This document shows positions 33,730 through 44,838 of a DNA stretch of 64,000 bases, piece by piece. The notes under the pieces are model-generated. The model saw nothing but the letters and a program-made list of their open reading frames with translations. It did not search any database and had not been told where the DNA came from. How positions within the stretch are numbered: the first letter of the stretch is position 1; every line of letters starts with the position of its first letter. Position numbers and translations under genes: made by a program. The stretch spans positions 236,561-300,560 of the forward strand of contig CAVWJU010000003.1 of assembly GCA_963755275.1 (NCBI GenBank), given 5' to 3'. This stretch comes from an uncultured Solirubrobacteraceae bacterium (lineage in GTDB: Bacteria > Actinomycetota > Thermoleophilia > Solirubrobacterales > Solirubrobacteraceae).

Positions 33730-36700
33730 ATGTTGACGGCATGGCGTCTCACTGCCTTGGTTCCGGTCATTGTCGTACTGATCTCCGCGCCGGCCGCGAC
33801 GCAGAGCTTTTACGGATCGCTCATCAGCGTCACGCAGGACGCGCAGGGCGGTCGTGATTCCCGGCGCGACCGTGGTGCTCACCAACACCGCGACGAACGA
33901 CCGCCGTGAAGGCGTGAGCGGCGAAGACGGCACGTATCGCTTCGTCAACCTCGTGCCGGGCACGTACCGTCTCGAGGTGGAGCTGGCTGGATTTCAGCGC
34001 TAGGTGCGCGATCAAATCGAAGTGAACGTGCAGTCGACACCGCGCGTCGAAGCGACGCTGCAGCTCGGCAGCCTGCAGGAAACGGTATCGGTCACCGGCG
34101 AAGCGCCGCTGCTGCAGACCGAAAACGCGTCGGTCGGCACCGTCGTCGGCGTCCCGAGCGGTGCAGGAACTGCCGCTCAACGGACGGAACGTGCTCAATC
34201 TGATCGCGGTCGCCCCCACGGTCGTTCCGCAGGGCTCCAGCGATGGCAGCTTGACCGGCAAAAACGTGTTTGCCGCCGGCAACTACCAGATCGGCGGCGG
34301 CGTCGCCAACCAGAGCGCGTCGTTTTATGACGGCGTCCCTCTGCAGGACATGTCGTACGGCAACATCGTGGCGCTGACGCCGAGCCCCGAGGCGGTCGAA
34401 GAGTTTCGCGTGCAGACCAACAACAGCAGCGCCGAGTTCGGCCGCTTCACCGGCGGCGTGGTCAACATGGTGTCGCGGTCCGGGAGCAACAGCTTCCGCG
34501 GCACCGTGTTCGAATATCACCGCAACAAGGCGCTGAACTCGAACACGTTCTTCGGCAAGCGCGCCGGCCTGGACAAGCCGCCGTTTGTGCAGAACAACTT
34601 CGGCGGCGTGCTGGGCGGTCCGGTGCTGAGAAACAAGCTGTTCTTCTTCTCGAGCTACGAAGGCTACCGCAATCGCGAAGGCGTGCTGTTCCGCCGCACG
34701 GTGCCGACCGCGGCCATGAAAGCAGGAGATTTCTCCGACTACCGCAACCTGACCACTGGCGCCGTGGTGCCTATCTACGACCCGTGGACGCAGTGCGGCA
34801 TCACCAATCCGGGTACTGGCCGTTACAATGGCGACTGCGGCACGGTGCCGAATCGTCTGCAGTTCCCCGGCAACATCATTCCAGCCAATCGGATCAGCCC
34901 CATCGCGCGAAGATATCTCGACTTCCCGGTCTACGCCGAGCCGACCGTGCCGGGCCGGTGGCGGACCGAGAACTGGGAAAAAAATGCCTCGGTCGGCGGC
35001 GACAACGATCAGATCAGCTTCCGCGGCGACTACAACCTGAGCCAGAAACAGCGTCTCATCGGACGCTACACACGATTCGAGTCCAACAACCTGCCGCTCG
35101 ACCTCTTCGGCAACGGCCAGCGGACTGGCGCTGCCGGAGCACTTCGTCACGACGCAGGTGATGGCCGCTAATACTTACACCATCAACTCGAGCACGGTTC
35201 TCGACATGCGTTTCGGCTACCTGCATTGGGATTACGACCGTACACCCGGGAACCTCGGCATCAACCTCGTGCAATCGTTCGGGCTGCCGACAGACGCCGT
35301 ACGGCGAAATTTCAGAGCGCAGCGGCATTCCTGGCATGGAAACGATCCCGACGATCGCCGCCGGTTCGAACAGCTTCATGAGCACTGGTCTGATTTACGC
35401 CGACAACAGGTCTGTACTCGGTGACGCCGACGCTGACGAAGATTGCCGGCGATCACACGCTCAAGCTCGGCGCCAACATCTTGTGGGCCACGGAAGATTA
35501 CTTCCAGAACAACGCGACCGGAGGCACCTTCGACTTCAGCAATGCGCCGACGGCGCTCGACGGAACCAACCCGGGGGCCACCGGTGATCCGTTCGCATCG
35601 TTCCTCCTCGGAATCCCGACCGGCGGCACTTACCAGTCGTCGGGGTGGACGTACGCCCGCACCAGCTATCAGGCGTACTTCCTCGACGATTCCTGGCAGG
35701 TCAATCCGAAGCTGACGTTGAATCTCGGCGTCCGGTGGGAGATTCCGGGGGTCTTCAGTGAAAAGGACGATCGCATCGTGACCTTCAACGCGGACGTGGT
35801 CAATCCGGTCCTGGCCGGGCGCACGAACCCCGTCACCGGGCAGCCGTATCGTGGCGCGTTCGAGCTGGTCAACAGCGACGAGCAGCCGGAGCGCGGCGTC
35901 AGGAAAGAGGTGTTCAACCGCGTCGTCCCGCGAGTTGGCTTCGCTTATCAAATCACCGACAGCACGGTGGTGCGCGGCGGCGCCGGCACGTTCATTACCC
36001 CGTCAACCGTGAGATTCCAGGACGGCGTCAACGGGCCCGTCATCCAGCGCACGAATACCATCGTGACCAGCGTCGACAACAACCGCACGTTCTTCACCGA
36101 TATGAGCAACCCGTTCCCGACGGGCGTCGAAAATTTCCCCGGCCGCGACCCGAACTTCCAGCGGGTGCTTCTGGGCGGCACGGCTCGGCAGTTCTATAGG
36201 GATGAAGAGGGATACCCGGGTTACTCCCACCAGTGGAACGTCGCGCTGCAGCATCAGTTCCGAAACAACCTGTCGGTGGAACTCACGTATACCGGTCTGG
36301 ACGGGAACCATCTACCGAACTCGATCACCGTCAACCAGTTGGGGAGAGAGCATATCGACCGGGCCGCGGGCGATCCGACCATCTGCAGTCTGACGAACAA
36401 CCAAGTCATCCCGCAGGATCAGCCGGGCTTCGTGTCTGCCCAGCGGGACACCTGCTACGGCGCGTATCTGCGGCAGCAGGTGGCGAATCCGTTTGTCGGG
36501 GTGATCCGTGAAGGCGCGTTGTCCACGCCGACCGTTCAGCGACAGCTGCTGCTCGCGCCGTTCCCCCACTATGTGTCCGCATCCCACCCGGGTTACTCGG
36601 GCTCGAGCCGCTACCACGCGCTGGCGTTCCGGGCCGAGAAGCGCATCGGTGCCGGCGGCGTCGTGAGCGGCCATTACACGTACTCGAAGAACATGACCGA

Positions 36701-37395
36701 CGTGGAGACGCTGACGGATTGGCTCGAGGGTGGGTCGAGTGCGCCGGTCGCCGGCTACCAGACCAACAACCTCGAGGAAGAGTGGGCGCTGAGCAGCTTC
36801 GATGTTCGGCACCGCGTGGTCGTCAACTTCGTTGTCGATCTCCCGTTCGGCGAGGGACGCAGGTTCGGTGCCGGCGCGACGGGGATCGCTGGCAAGCTGA
36901 TCAGCGGGTGGAGCCTGAATGGCGTGACGACGATCCAGAGCGGATTTCCGCTCTCCTTCACCGCCACGCCGAACCTGATTGGGTCGGGCTATGGCTTGCG
37001 GCCGAATGTAGATCCGAACTGCGATAAGAGTGTCGACGGGTCTGCGCTCAGACCGGCTCGACCGATGGTTCAACACCGCGTGCTTCAGCGTGCCGAATGC
37101 CGCAGTGTCCACGAATCCACAGGCGCGATGGCAGCTGGGCAACGCGCCGCGTGTGGACCCCGATCTGCGGGGACACTACATGCACAACTGGAACTTCGCC
37201 GTGACCAAGACGACGCCAATCCAGGGCCGCGTCAATCTGACGCTCCGCGCCGAGGCGTTCAACTTGTTCAACCGAACCCAGTTCGGAATGCCCAACACGC
37301 AGGTCACCACGGCCGCGCAGTCCAATCTGGGTCGCATAACCACCCAGTCGAACCAGCCGCGATTGATACAGCTCGCGTTTCGCCTCACGTTCTGA
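33730..37395 (+). CDS. TonB-dependent receptor, Oar/acidobacterial type with carboxypeptidase-regulatory-like N-domain; frameshifts and one in-frame TAG (34001)
   Basis: ELPLNGRN, EEFRVQTNNSSAEFGRFTGG, DDSWQVNPKLTLNLGVRWE, RAEAFNLFN, terminal PRLIQLAFRLTF. Confidence 0.9.
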
Positions 37396-37408
37396 GTACG
37401 TGTATGCA

Positions 37409-37438
37409 GGCGGGTCTCGCTTAACCGCGAGACCCGCC
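37409..37438. terminator. Hairpin between convergent genes
   Basis: GGCGGGTCTCGC-ttaacc-GCGAGACCCGCC, 12-bp stem. Confidence 0.7.
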
Positions 37439-37482
37439 ACATCGACCGCAACCTTGAGCTCGGAGGAATCGAGCGACGACGA

Positions 37483-38891
37483 TTACCAGTGCGTGAGCGA
37501 CCCGTCGGGACGCCGATGGGTCACGCCCGGGAAGCCTTCCGTCATTTCTTCGACGAAGGTGAGCGCCTTCTCATCGACGGTCACGCCGAGGCCTGGCCGG
37601 TCGTTCGGCCACACCTTGCCGTTCCTCAATTCAAGGAGTTCAGGCAGGTACGGTAGCGGCTGGGTCCCCCGGTTGTACTCCATGAGCACCTGACCGGGGA
37701 ACGCCATCAGCGTGTGCATGTGGCCCGCCGTTCCGATCGGGGCCGTGAAGTGCGGCATCAGGCCGACCTTGTGCGTGTCGCACATCGCCATGACCTTCAG
37801 CATCTCGGTGATCCCGCCGACGTTGGGCAACGAGACGCGTACAAAGTCGAGGTCGCGCTGCTCGACGAGCGGGCTGAAGTCGGCGCGCATGCCCCACTCC
37901 TCGCCGGCCGAGATCGGCACGGTCGTGAGCAGCCGCAACTTCGGAAGCTGTGTGCGGAACTGCTCTTCGCGCAAGGGGTCCTCGACCGCGTAGGGCCGAA
38001 GCGGCTCCGTGAGCCGGCACGCCTCGATGGCCTCATGAAGGTCGAACTTCTGATGCAGGTCGATCATGAAGTCGCCGTCGGGTCCAACGCCCTCGCGGAT
38101 CTGCTCCAGCGCTTTGATCATTTGTGGAATGCGCGCACGCGTATTGAACAGGGATCCGCCCCGCCCGCCGCCCGGGCCGCCGGCTCGACCGCCCGCAGCG
38201 CCAGGACCCGCTCCAGGGCCCGCGCCCGGTCCACCGGTTCGAGCGCCACCCGTGCTCGGCAGGATGCCGCTGTCGACGCGGTACACGCGCCAGCCGGCTG
38301 CCATCGTCGCCGCGGCGCGCTCCTTCAGGCCCATCCGCTGCGCCTCGTCGGGCGCTACGACCCCGTGCGGGAGACCGCTCGTCGCGTAGAGCTCGATGTG
38401 CTCACGCGCCTTGCCGCCGAAGAGCTGGTAGAGCGGCACCTGGAGCGCCTTGCCCTTGATGTCCCACAACGCCAGATCGATGGCGCCGAGCGCATGCAGC
38501 CTTTCATCGCCCGGCGAATAGTGCGCGTCCATGAACGCGCCTGCCAGATCATCTCGGTGTCGAAGGCGTTTTTCCCGATGACGCTCCGCGACACGTTGCG
38601 GACGGTGTCCGGCGACCCGCCCTGTCCGACGCCGGTGATGCCGGCTTCGGTGTCGACCAGCACGACCATGTTGCTCTGCGGGAACGCCTGCGCACCGTTA
38701 CGGTCCCAGTTGGGCGGGAAGAAGACACGGATCTTCGTGACCCTTGTCGGCGACAGGCGGCTGGCAGCCTGTGCGAGCGCGACTGGCATACGACTCCAAG
38801 CCGGCCTGTTCCGCAGGACCCATGAACCGGCGACAAGCGATCCTGCCGCTCCCACAAGCGACTTCGTGAAGGTTCTGCGATCGATGTTCAT
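37483..38891 (-). CDS. Tat-exported mandelate racemase/muconate lactonizing enzyme family (sugar-acid dehydratase-like), frameshifted
   Basis: IDRRTF Tat motif; IDLALWDIKGKALQVPLYQLFGG, MIDLHQ, VEDP, AGEE, NVGGITE, RPGLG. Confidence 0.85.
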
Positions 38892-39018
38892 AACTGTGCT
38901 CCTTTAGGCATCGCACGAAGCTGATCAGAACTCCTTTGGCGGCGGAAGTTCATCGCGCCCGGCGCGGCCACGAGACACAGGATCAGGGTGGTCAAAAGCG
39001 TTCGCATGTGCGCCCCCC

Positions 39019-39032
39019 GGATAATCGATTAT
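39019..39032. promoter_or_regulatory. Perfect palindrome ATAATCGATTAT, candidate LacI-type operator
   Basis: AT-rich 12-bp palindrome with central CG in the divergent intergenic region. Confidence 0.6.
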
Positions 39033-39226
39033 TGATTGTTTGTGGGCATTCTAGCGGCGCATTCCCGGCGAGTTGGGACAAGTTGTGACACGCCGCGGCG
39101 ACGGGTTCTCGCGCGAGGGATTCGCGGTAATCTCGCGTGCCACGGCCGTTCGCGTCACGACATCCCGGACCCGCAACTCGTGGGAGACGCGGCGTTCGCA
39201 AACATCGCCGCCCCGACTCAGACCTT

Positions 39227-40801
39227 ATGAAACCCAATCTTCGTGTGTGTGCATCTCTCATCGTCACCGGTGTCGCGGCAGCGCTGAGCGCACAGGTGCC
39301 TCAAACCCCGCCTCCCGCCCAAGGCGGCGGCGCGGGAGGCCGGGGCGGTGGCCCTGGCGCGGTGGCTGCGGCTCTCTTCGTCGAGAAGTGCGCCGGTTGT
39401 CACGGCACGGACGTGTCAGGTGGGCGTGCCGCCAGCCTGTTCGATCAGAAAGTGCTCGCGCGCCTCGACGACGAACGCCTTGCGCGCATCATCAGAGCCG
39501 GACTCCCCGCTGCGGGAATGCCGGCGTTCAATGACCTGACCGAAGAACAGGTCGGCCAGCTGATTCATCACATTCGCGCTGAGACCGGCAATCTCGCACC
39601 CAAACCCGCATTCGTCGCAAATCCCGCGGGACACATTCTGAAGACCGAGAAGCACACCGTGAAGGCGGAGCTCATCGCCGACGGTCTCGAAACACCGTGG
39701 GCGTTGGCATTTCTGCCTGATGGACGTCTGCTGGTCACCGAGCGCACCGGCAATCTTCGGATTATCGAGAAGGGGCAGCTCTCGGAACCCGTGAAGGGCA
39801 CGCCCAAAGTGCATGTCCAGCAGGACGGCGGCATGATGGACATCGAGCTGCATCCGAACTACTCGAGGAACGGCTGGATTTATCTCGCCTACTCGGAAGT
39901 TCGTCCCGGCTTCACCCCACCGCCGCCATCGGCGGCGCCGCCGACGCCTGCCGTGCAGCCCGGGCGCGGACGCGGGCCGGAGATACCATCGATGACGGTG
40001 ATCGTCCGCGGGAAGCTCGACAAGAACAACCAGTGGCGCGACGAGCAGCTGATCTTCCGCGCGCCGCCGGACGTCTACACTGCAAATGGAACGCACTTCG
40101 GGCTGCGGTTCCTGTTCGATCGCGAAGGGCACCTCTTTTACTCCATCGGCGAGCGCGGCGTCCCGCAGAACTCTCAAGATCTCTCGAACCCGCTCGGGAA
40201 GATCCATCGCATCGATGAAGACGGCTCGGTGCCCAGGGACAATCCGTTCGTGAACACGCCGGGCGCGCTGCCGACGATCTGGAGCTACGGGCACCGCAAT
40301 CCTCAAGGCCTCGCGTGGGATCCCGTCACCGGCCGGTTGTGGTCGTCGGAGCACGGTCCGAGCGGCGGCGACGAGATCAACATCATCGAGCGCGGAAAAA
40401 ACTACGGATGGGGCGTCGTCTCGAAAGGGTTGGCGAACGGCATCACCAGGAGGTCTCAATCGGGTATGGAAGAACCGCTGACCTACTACACGCCGTCGAT
40501 TGGGCCGTCACAGGTCGCGTTCTATACCGGCAACCGTTTCCCGGGATGGAAGAACAACAGCCTGTTGGTGGCAGGGATGGCAGGGCACCAACTGCGCCGG
40601 CTCCAGATTGCCGACAACACGATCACCGCCGAAGAAGTGATCTTCGGCCAGTTCGGCCGCGTGCGCGACGTGGTTCAGGGCCCAGACGGTTACTTGTACC
40701 TCGCGCTGCAGAATCCTACCGGCTCGGGTACGGGATTGCCCCTCTCCGCGTCAACGCCAGGCCGTGTCATTCGTCTGGTACCGGCTACGGCCGGGACATA
40801 A
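39227..40801 (+). CDS. Cytochrome c plus PQQ-dependent soluble sugar dehydrogenase (GSDH) fusion
   Basis: CAGCH heme motif; PWALAFLPDG, SYGHRNPQG, EHGPSGGDEIN, NYGW, RVRDV. Confidence 0.9.
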   Translation: MKPNLRVCASLIVTGVAAALSAQVPQTPPPAQGGGAGGRGGGPGAVAAALFVEKCAGCHGTDVSGGRAASLFDQKVLARLDDERLARIIRAGLPAAGMPAFNDLTEEQVGQLIHHIRAETGNLAPKPAFVANPAGHILKTEKHTVKAELIADGLETPWALAFLPDGRLLVTERTGNLRIIEKGQLSEPVKGTPKVHVQQDGGMMDIELHPNYSRNGWIYLAYSEVRPGFTPPPPSAAPPTPAVQPGRGRGPEIPSMTVIVRGKLDKNNQWRDEQLIFRAPPDVYTANGTHFGLRFLFDREGHLFYSIGERGVPQNSQDLSNPLGKIHRIDEDGSVPRDNPFVNTPGALPTIWSYGHRNPQGLAWDPVTGRLWSSEHGPSGGDEINIIERGKNYGWGVVSKGLANGITRRSQSGMEEPLTYYTPSIGPSQVAFYTGNRFPGWKNNSLLVAGMAGHQLRRLQIADNTITAEEVIFGQFGRVRDVVQGPDGYLYLALQNPTGSGTGLPLSASTPGRVIRLVPATAGT

Positions 40802-40842
40802 TGCCGTTGTGTTCAACGCCGACCCGATGACCTGGACGATCG

Positions 40843-41758
40843 CTAATTCGCCAGGCGGGGGGCGCTCTTGACCGCGATCGTCACCGACGCGCCGGCGCGC
40901 GACGGATCGAATTCCCCTTCGACCAGACGCCAGGCGTCGGTCTCTTCGAGGAGCTTGGAAGCAAACGCCGTGTGCAGCGCATGGCCGCCGCGGTGCGCGA
41001 CGAGATGGCCGACAATCGGGTAGCCGACGAGCGCCATGTCGCCGATGACGTCGAGAATCTTGTGGCGGACGAACTCGTCCTCGAACCGCAGCGCGTTGAG
41101 CGCGCCGGTTTCGCCGAGCACGATCGCGTTTTCGAGCGAGCCGCCCAGGGCGAGCCCGTTCTGCCGCAACATCTCGACTTCCTTGAGGAAGCCGAACGTG
41201 CGTGCCGGCGCAATCTCCTCGATGAACGACTCCTCGGTGATCTGCATCGTCCGCGTCTGATGCCGCAGCATCGGATGGTCGAAGCTGATGCTGTAGGTCA
41301 CTTTGAAATGATCGGACGGATACAGCGCGATGCGCTTGTCGCCGCGCGACAACGAGATCGGCCGCACGATTTTGAGGAATCGTTTCGGAGCGGCGAGCCG
41401 CTTGAGCCCCGCTTCGTGGATCAGATAGATAAAGGGCGCCGCGCTGCCATCCATGATCGGCACTTCGGGATGGCTCAACTCGACAACCACGTTGTCCACA
41501 CCCAGACTGACGAGCGCCGCAAGCAGGTGCTCGACGGTTTCGACGGACCCGTCCTTGAGCAGGAGTCCGGTAGCGTAACGGTTGCCGCCCAGATGCGAAA
41601 CTGTCGCTGGAATCTCGAGCCCTCCCAGGTCCGATCGACGGAAACGTATTCCGTGGTCGGCGGGGGCAGGCTTGCAGGGACAACGTCACCTTCTTACCTG
41701 AATGCAGTCCGATTCCTGCGCAGGATACCGCTCGCTTGAGAGTGCGTTGGCTGTCCAT
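40843..41758 (-). CDS. lpxC: UDP-3-O-acyl-N-acetylglucosamine deacetylase, frameshifted
   Basis: QRTLKR..GIGLHSGK, TVEHLLAAL, EVPIMDGSA, ARTFGF, RHKILD..GD. Confidence 0.95.
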
Positions 41759-41977
41759 TAGTCGTTGTGGGTCAGGCTGTTAGAACGGCTTGGCCGCGGG
41801 TTCTAGAGCAATTCCGGTGCCCGGCGACAGGGCAAGCGTCGTATCGGCAGTAAGTTGTTACATCGGCAGGTACTTACTGTAAAACCTGACTTTTGCTCAG
41901 CTGGGGGGCTGATCGGGTCTTGTGGTACGCGGACCACACAAGTCCACCGAACCGCTGTTGCAATCCTACCACAGGCG

Positions 41978-44792
41978 TCATGAAAATGACGCCTTCAGAA
42001 GCGGCTTGAGGAACTCTCCGGTCGCCGACTCGGTCACATTTGCGACCTGGGCCGGCGTACCCTCCGCGATGATGCGGCCGCCGCCCGCACCCCCTTCGGG
42101 ACCCAGATCGATGATGTGATCCGCCGACTTGACGATGTCCAGGTTGTGCTCGATCACCACCACCGTATTGCCCTGATCGACGAGCTTGTTCAGTACGTCG
42201 AGCAGCTTGTGGGTATCGTCGAAGTGCAAGCCTGTCGTCGGTTCGTCTAAGATGTACAACGTTCGTCCCGTGCCACGGCGCGACAGCTCCTTCGAGAGCT
42301 TCACCCGCTGGGCCTCTCCCCCGCTCAGCGTCGTCGCCGACTGTCCCAGCTCGATGTAGCCGAGGCCGACACTCTGTAGTGTTCTGAGCTTGTTGCCAAT
42401 CGCCGGGAAAGTTCTCGAGCAGCGGCAGACTCTGATCGACAGTCAGCTCGAGCACGTCGGCAATCGACTTGCCCCGGTACTGGATCTCGAGCGTCTCGCG
42501 GTTGTACCGCCGTCCCTTGCACTGCTCGCACGTCACGTACACGTCGGGCAGGAAATGCATCTCGATCGCAATCACGCCGTCTCCCTGGCAGCCCTCGCAA
42601 CGCCCCCCCTTGACGTTGAACGAAAACCGCCCCGGCCTGAACCCGCGGGCCTTCGCCTCGGGGAGCATCGCGAACAGCTCGCGAATGAAGGTGAACAGCC
42701 CGGTGTAGGTTGCAGGATTCGAACGCGGCGTGCGTCCGATCGGCGACTGATCGATCTCGATGACCTTGTCGACGTGCTGGATGCCCTCGATGCGATCGTG
42801 CGCGCCCGGTTCGTCGCCGGCGCGATACAGCCCGCGCGCGAGCGACTTGTAGAGAATGTCGTTGACGAGCGTGGACTTGCCCGAGCCGCTGACGCCGGTG
42901 ACCGCGACGAGGGTTCCGAGCGGAATGCGCACGTCGATGTTCTTCAGATTGTTCTCGCGCGCGCCGCGGATGACCAGCTCGCCTTTCGCCTGACGCGGCG
43001 GCCGCCCCTCGTCGTGCGGGCTGATCACCTTTTCGCCGCGCAGATATTGTCCGGTCAGCGACTCGTGACCGTTTACCCCTTGCCCCTCACCCCTTACCCC
43101 TGCTCAGCAACTCAGCGGGCGTCCCTTGAAAGATCACCCTGCCGCCGTGTTCGCCGGCGCCCGGGCCCAGGTCGACCAGGTAGTCGGCGACCCGAATCGT
43201 CTCCTCGTCGTGTTCGACGACGATGATCGTGTTGCCGAGATCGCGCAGATGATGCAGCGTGCCGAGAAGCGCGCGATTGTCGCGCTGATGCAATCCGATG
43301 GACGGTTCGTCGAGCACGTACAGGACACCGGTGAGGTTGGCGCCAATCTGCGTCGCCAGACGTATGCGCTGCCCTTCCCCTCCGGACAACGTCGTCGCGC
43401 CGCGGCCGAGCGTGAGATAGCCCACGCCGACGTCGTAGAGGAACCGCAGCCTGTCCTGAATCTCCTTGAGCACGCGGCTCGCGATGAGGCTTTCACGCTC
43501 GCTCAGATCGAGCGAATGGAAAACCTGATAGGCCTCGCTGATCGGCAGGTTGACGTCCTCCGAGACAGTCCGCCCCTTGACCTTCACCGACAGGCTCTGC
43601 GGCTTCAACCGCTCGCCGTGGCAGGCGGGGCACGAACGGAGAGACCGGGACCGTCTCGAGATCTTCCTGCTCGGTCCACGACGCTGCTTCGAAGCGGCGC
43701 CGGAGGTTCGGGATGATCCCTTCGAATCCTTTGCCGTTGCCGCCGTAGAGGATCTGATCGCGCACCTTCTTCGGGAGGCTCGCGAACGGCGTTGCCGGAT
43801 CGAATCCGAGGTTTTTCCCGAGGCCCGGAAATGGCCTCGCGGACGAGCTTCCTGTCGCCTTTGGTCCACGGCACAATCGCGCCGTCGACGAGCGACTTCG
43901 TCTGATCGGGGACGATGCGGTTGGGGTCGAAGTCGTACATCGCGCCGAGCCCCTGGCATTCGGGGCACGCGCCGTGGGGCGAGTTGAACGAAAACGCGCG
44001 AGGCGTCATCTCCGGCATGCTGATGCCGCACTCGATGCAGGCGAGACGCCGCGAAAATAGGCGATCTCCGCCGTCGAGCGTGTTGATGACGACGATATCC
44101 TCGGCGAGGTTCAGCGCAATCTCAATCGACTCTGCCAGCCGCCGCTCGATGCCCGACTTGACGATGAGGCGATCGACGACGATGTCGATCGAGTGGTTGC
44201 GACGGCGATCGAGCTTGATGTCTTCGTCGAGCGAGCGGAACGCGCCGTCGATGCGGGCCTTGGAGAACCCCTTCTTCTTGAGCTCGGCGAGCTCCTTCTT
44301 GAACTCTCCCTTGCGGCCGCGCACCACCGGCGCCAGCACGTTGATGCGCGCATCCTGCGGATACAGCATCACCATGTCCATGATGCGGTCGAGCGACTGC
44401 GCGGAGATCTCCTGGCCGCATTGATGGCAATGGGGGATCCCGATGTTGGCGAACAGCAGGCGCAGGTAGTCGTAAATCTCGGTAACGGTCCCGACCGTGG
44501 ACCGCGGGTTGGAGGCGGTCGTTTTCTGCTCGATGGAGATGGCCGGAGACAGCCCGTCGATCAGATCGACGTCGGGCTTCTCCATCTGCTCGAGAAACTG
44601 GCGGGCGTAGGCCGACAGCGATTCGACGTACCTCCGCTGCCCCTCGGCATAGATCGTGTCGAAGGCGAGCGACGACTTGCCCGAGCCCGACAGCCCGGTG
44701 ATGACCGTCAGCTTGTCCCGCGGGATGTCGACGTCGATGTCGCGAAGGTCGTGCACGCGGGCGCCGCGTACGGATATCCAGCCCTGACCCAT
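41978..44792 (-). CDS. uvrA: Excinuclease ABC subunit A, frameshifted
   Basis: [71 protein letters not shown]. Confidence 0.97.
43074..43101 (-). repeat. Heptamer (AGGGGYR)x4 insert inside uvrA; G-quadruplex-forming motif
   Basis: Coding strand reads AGGGGTA AGGGGTG AGGGGCA AGGGGTA. Confidence 0.75.
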
Positions 44793-44838
44793 CTGTGTGC
44801 TTTCTTTGGGAAACCCGAACTAGTAATTGTAGCACTAG

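Noticed and set aside
34001-34003. Amber recoding (pyrrolysine or readthrough) in the TonB receptor
   Set aside because: A single TAG where TAC (Tyr) fits the context FQR-Y-VRD; TAG is used as a normal stop nearby, no pyl genes are present, and the data are error-rich.
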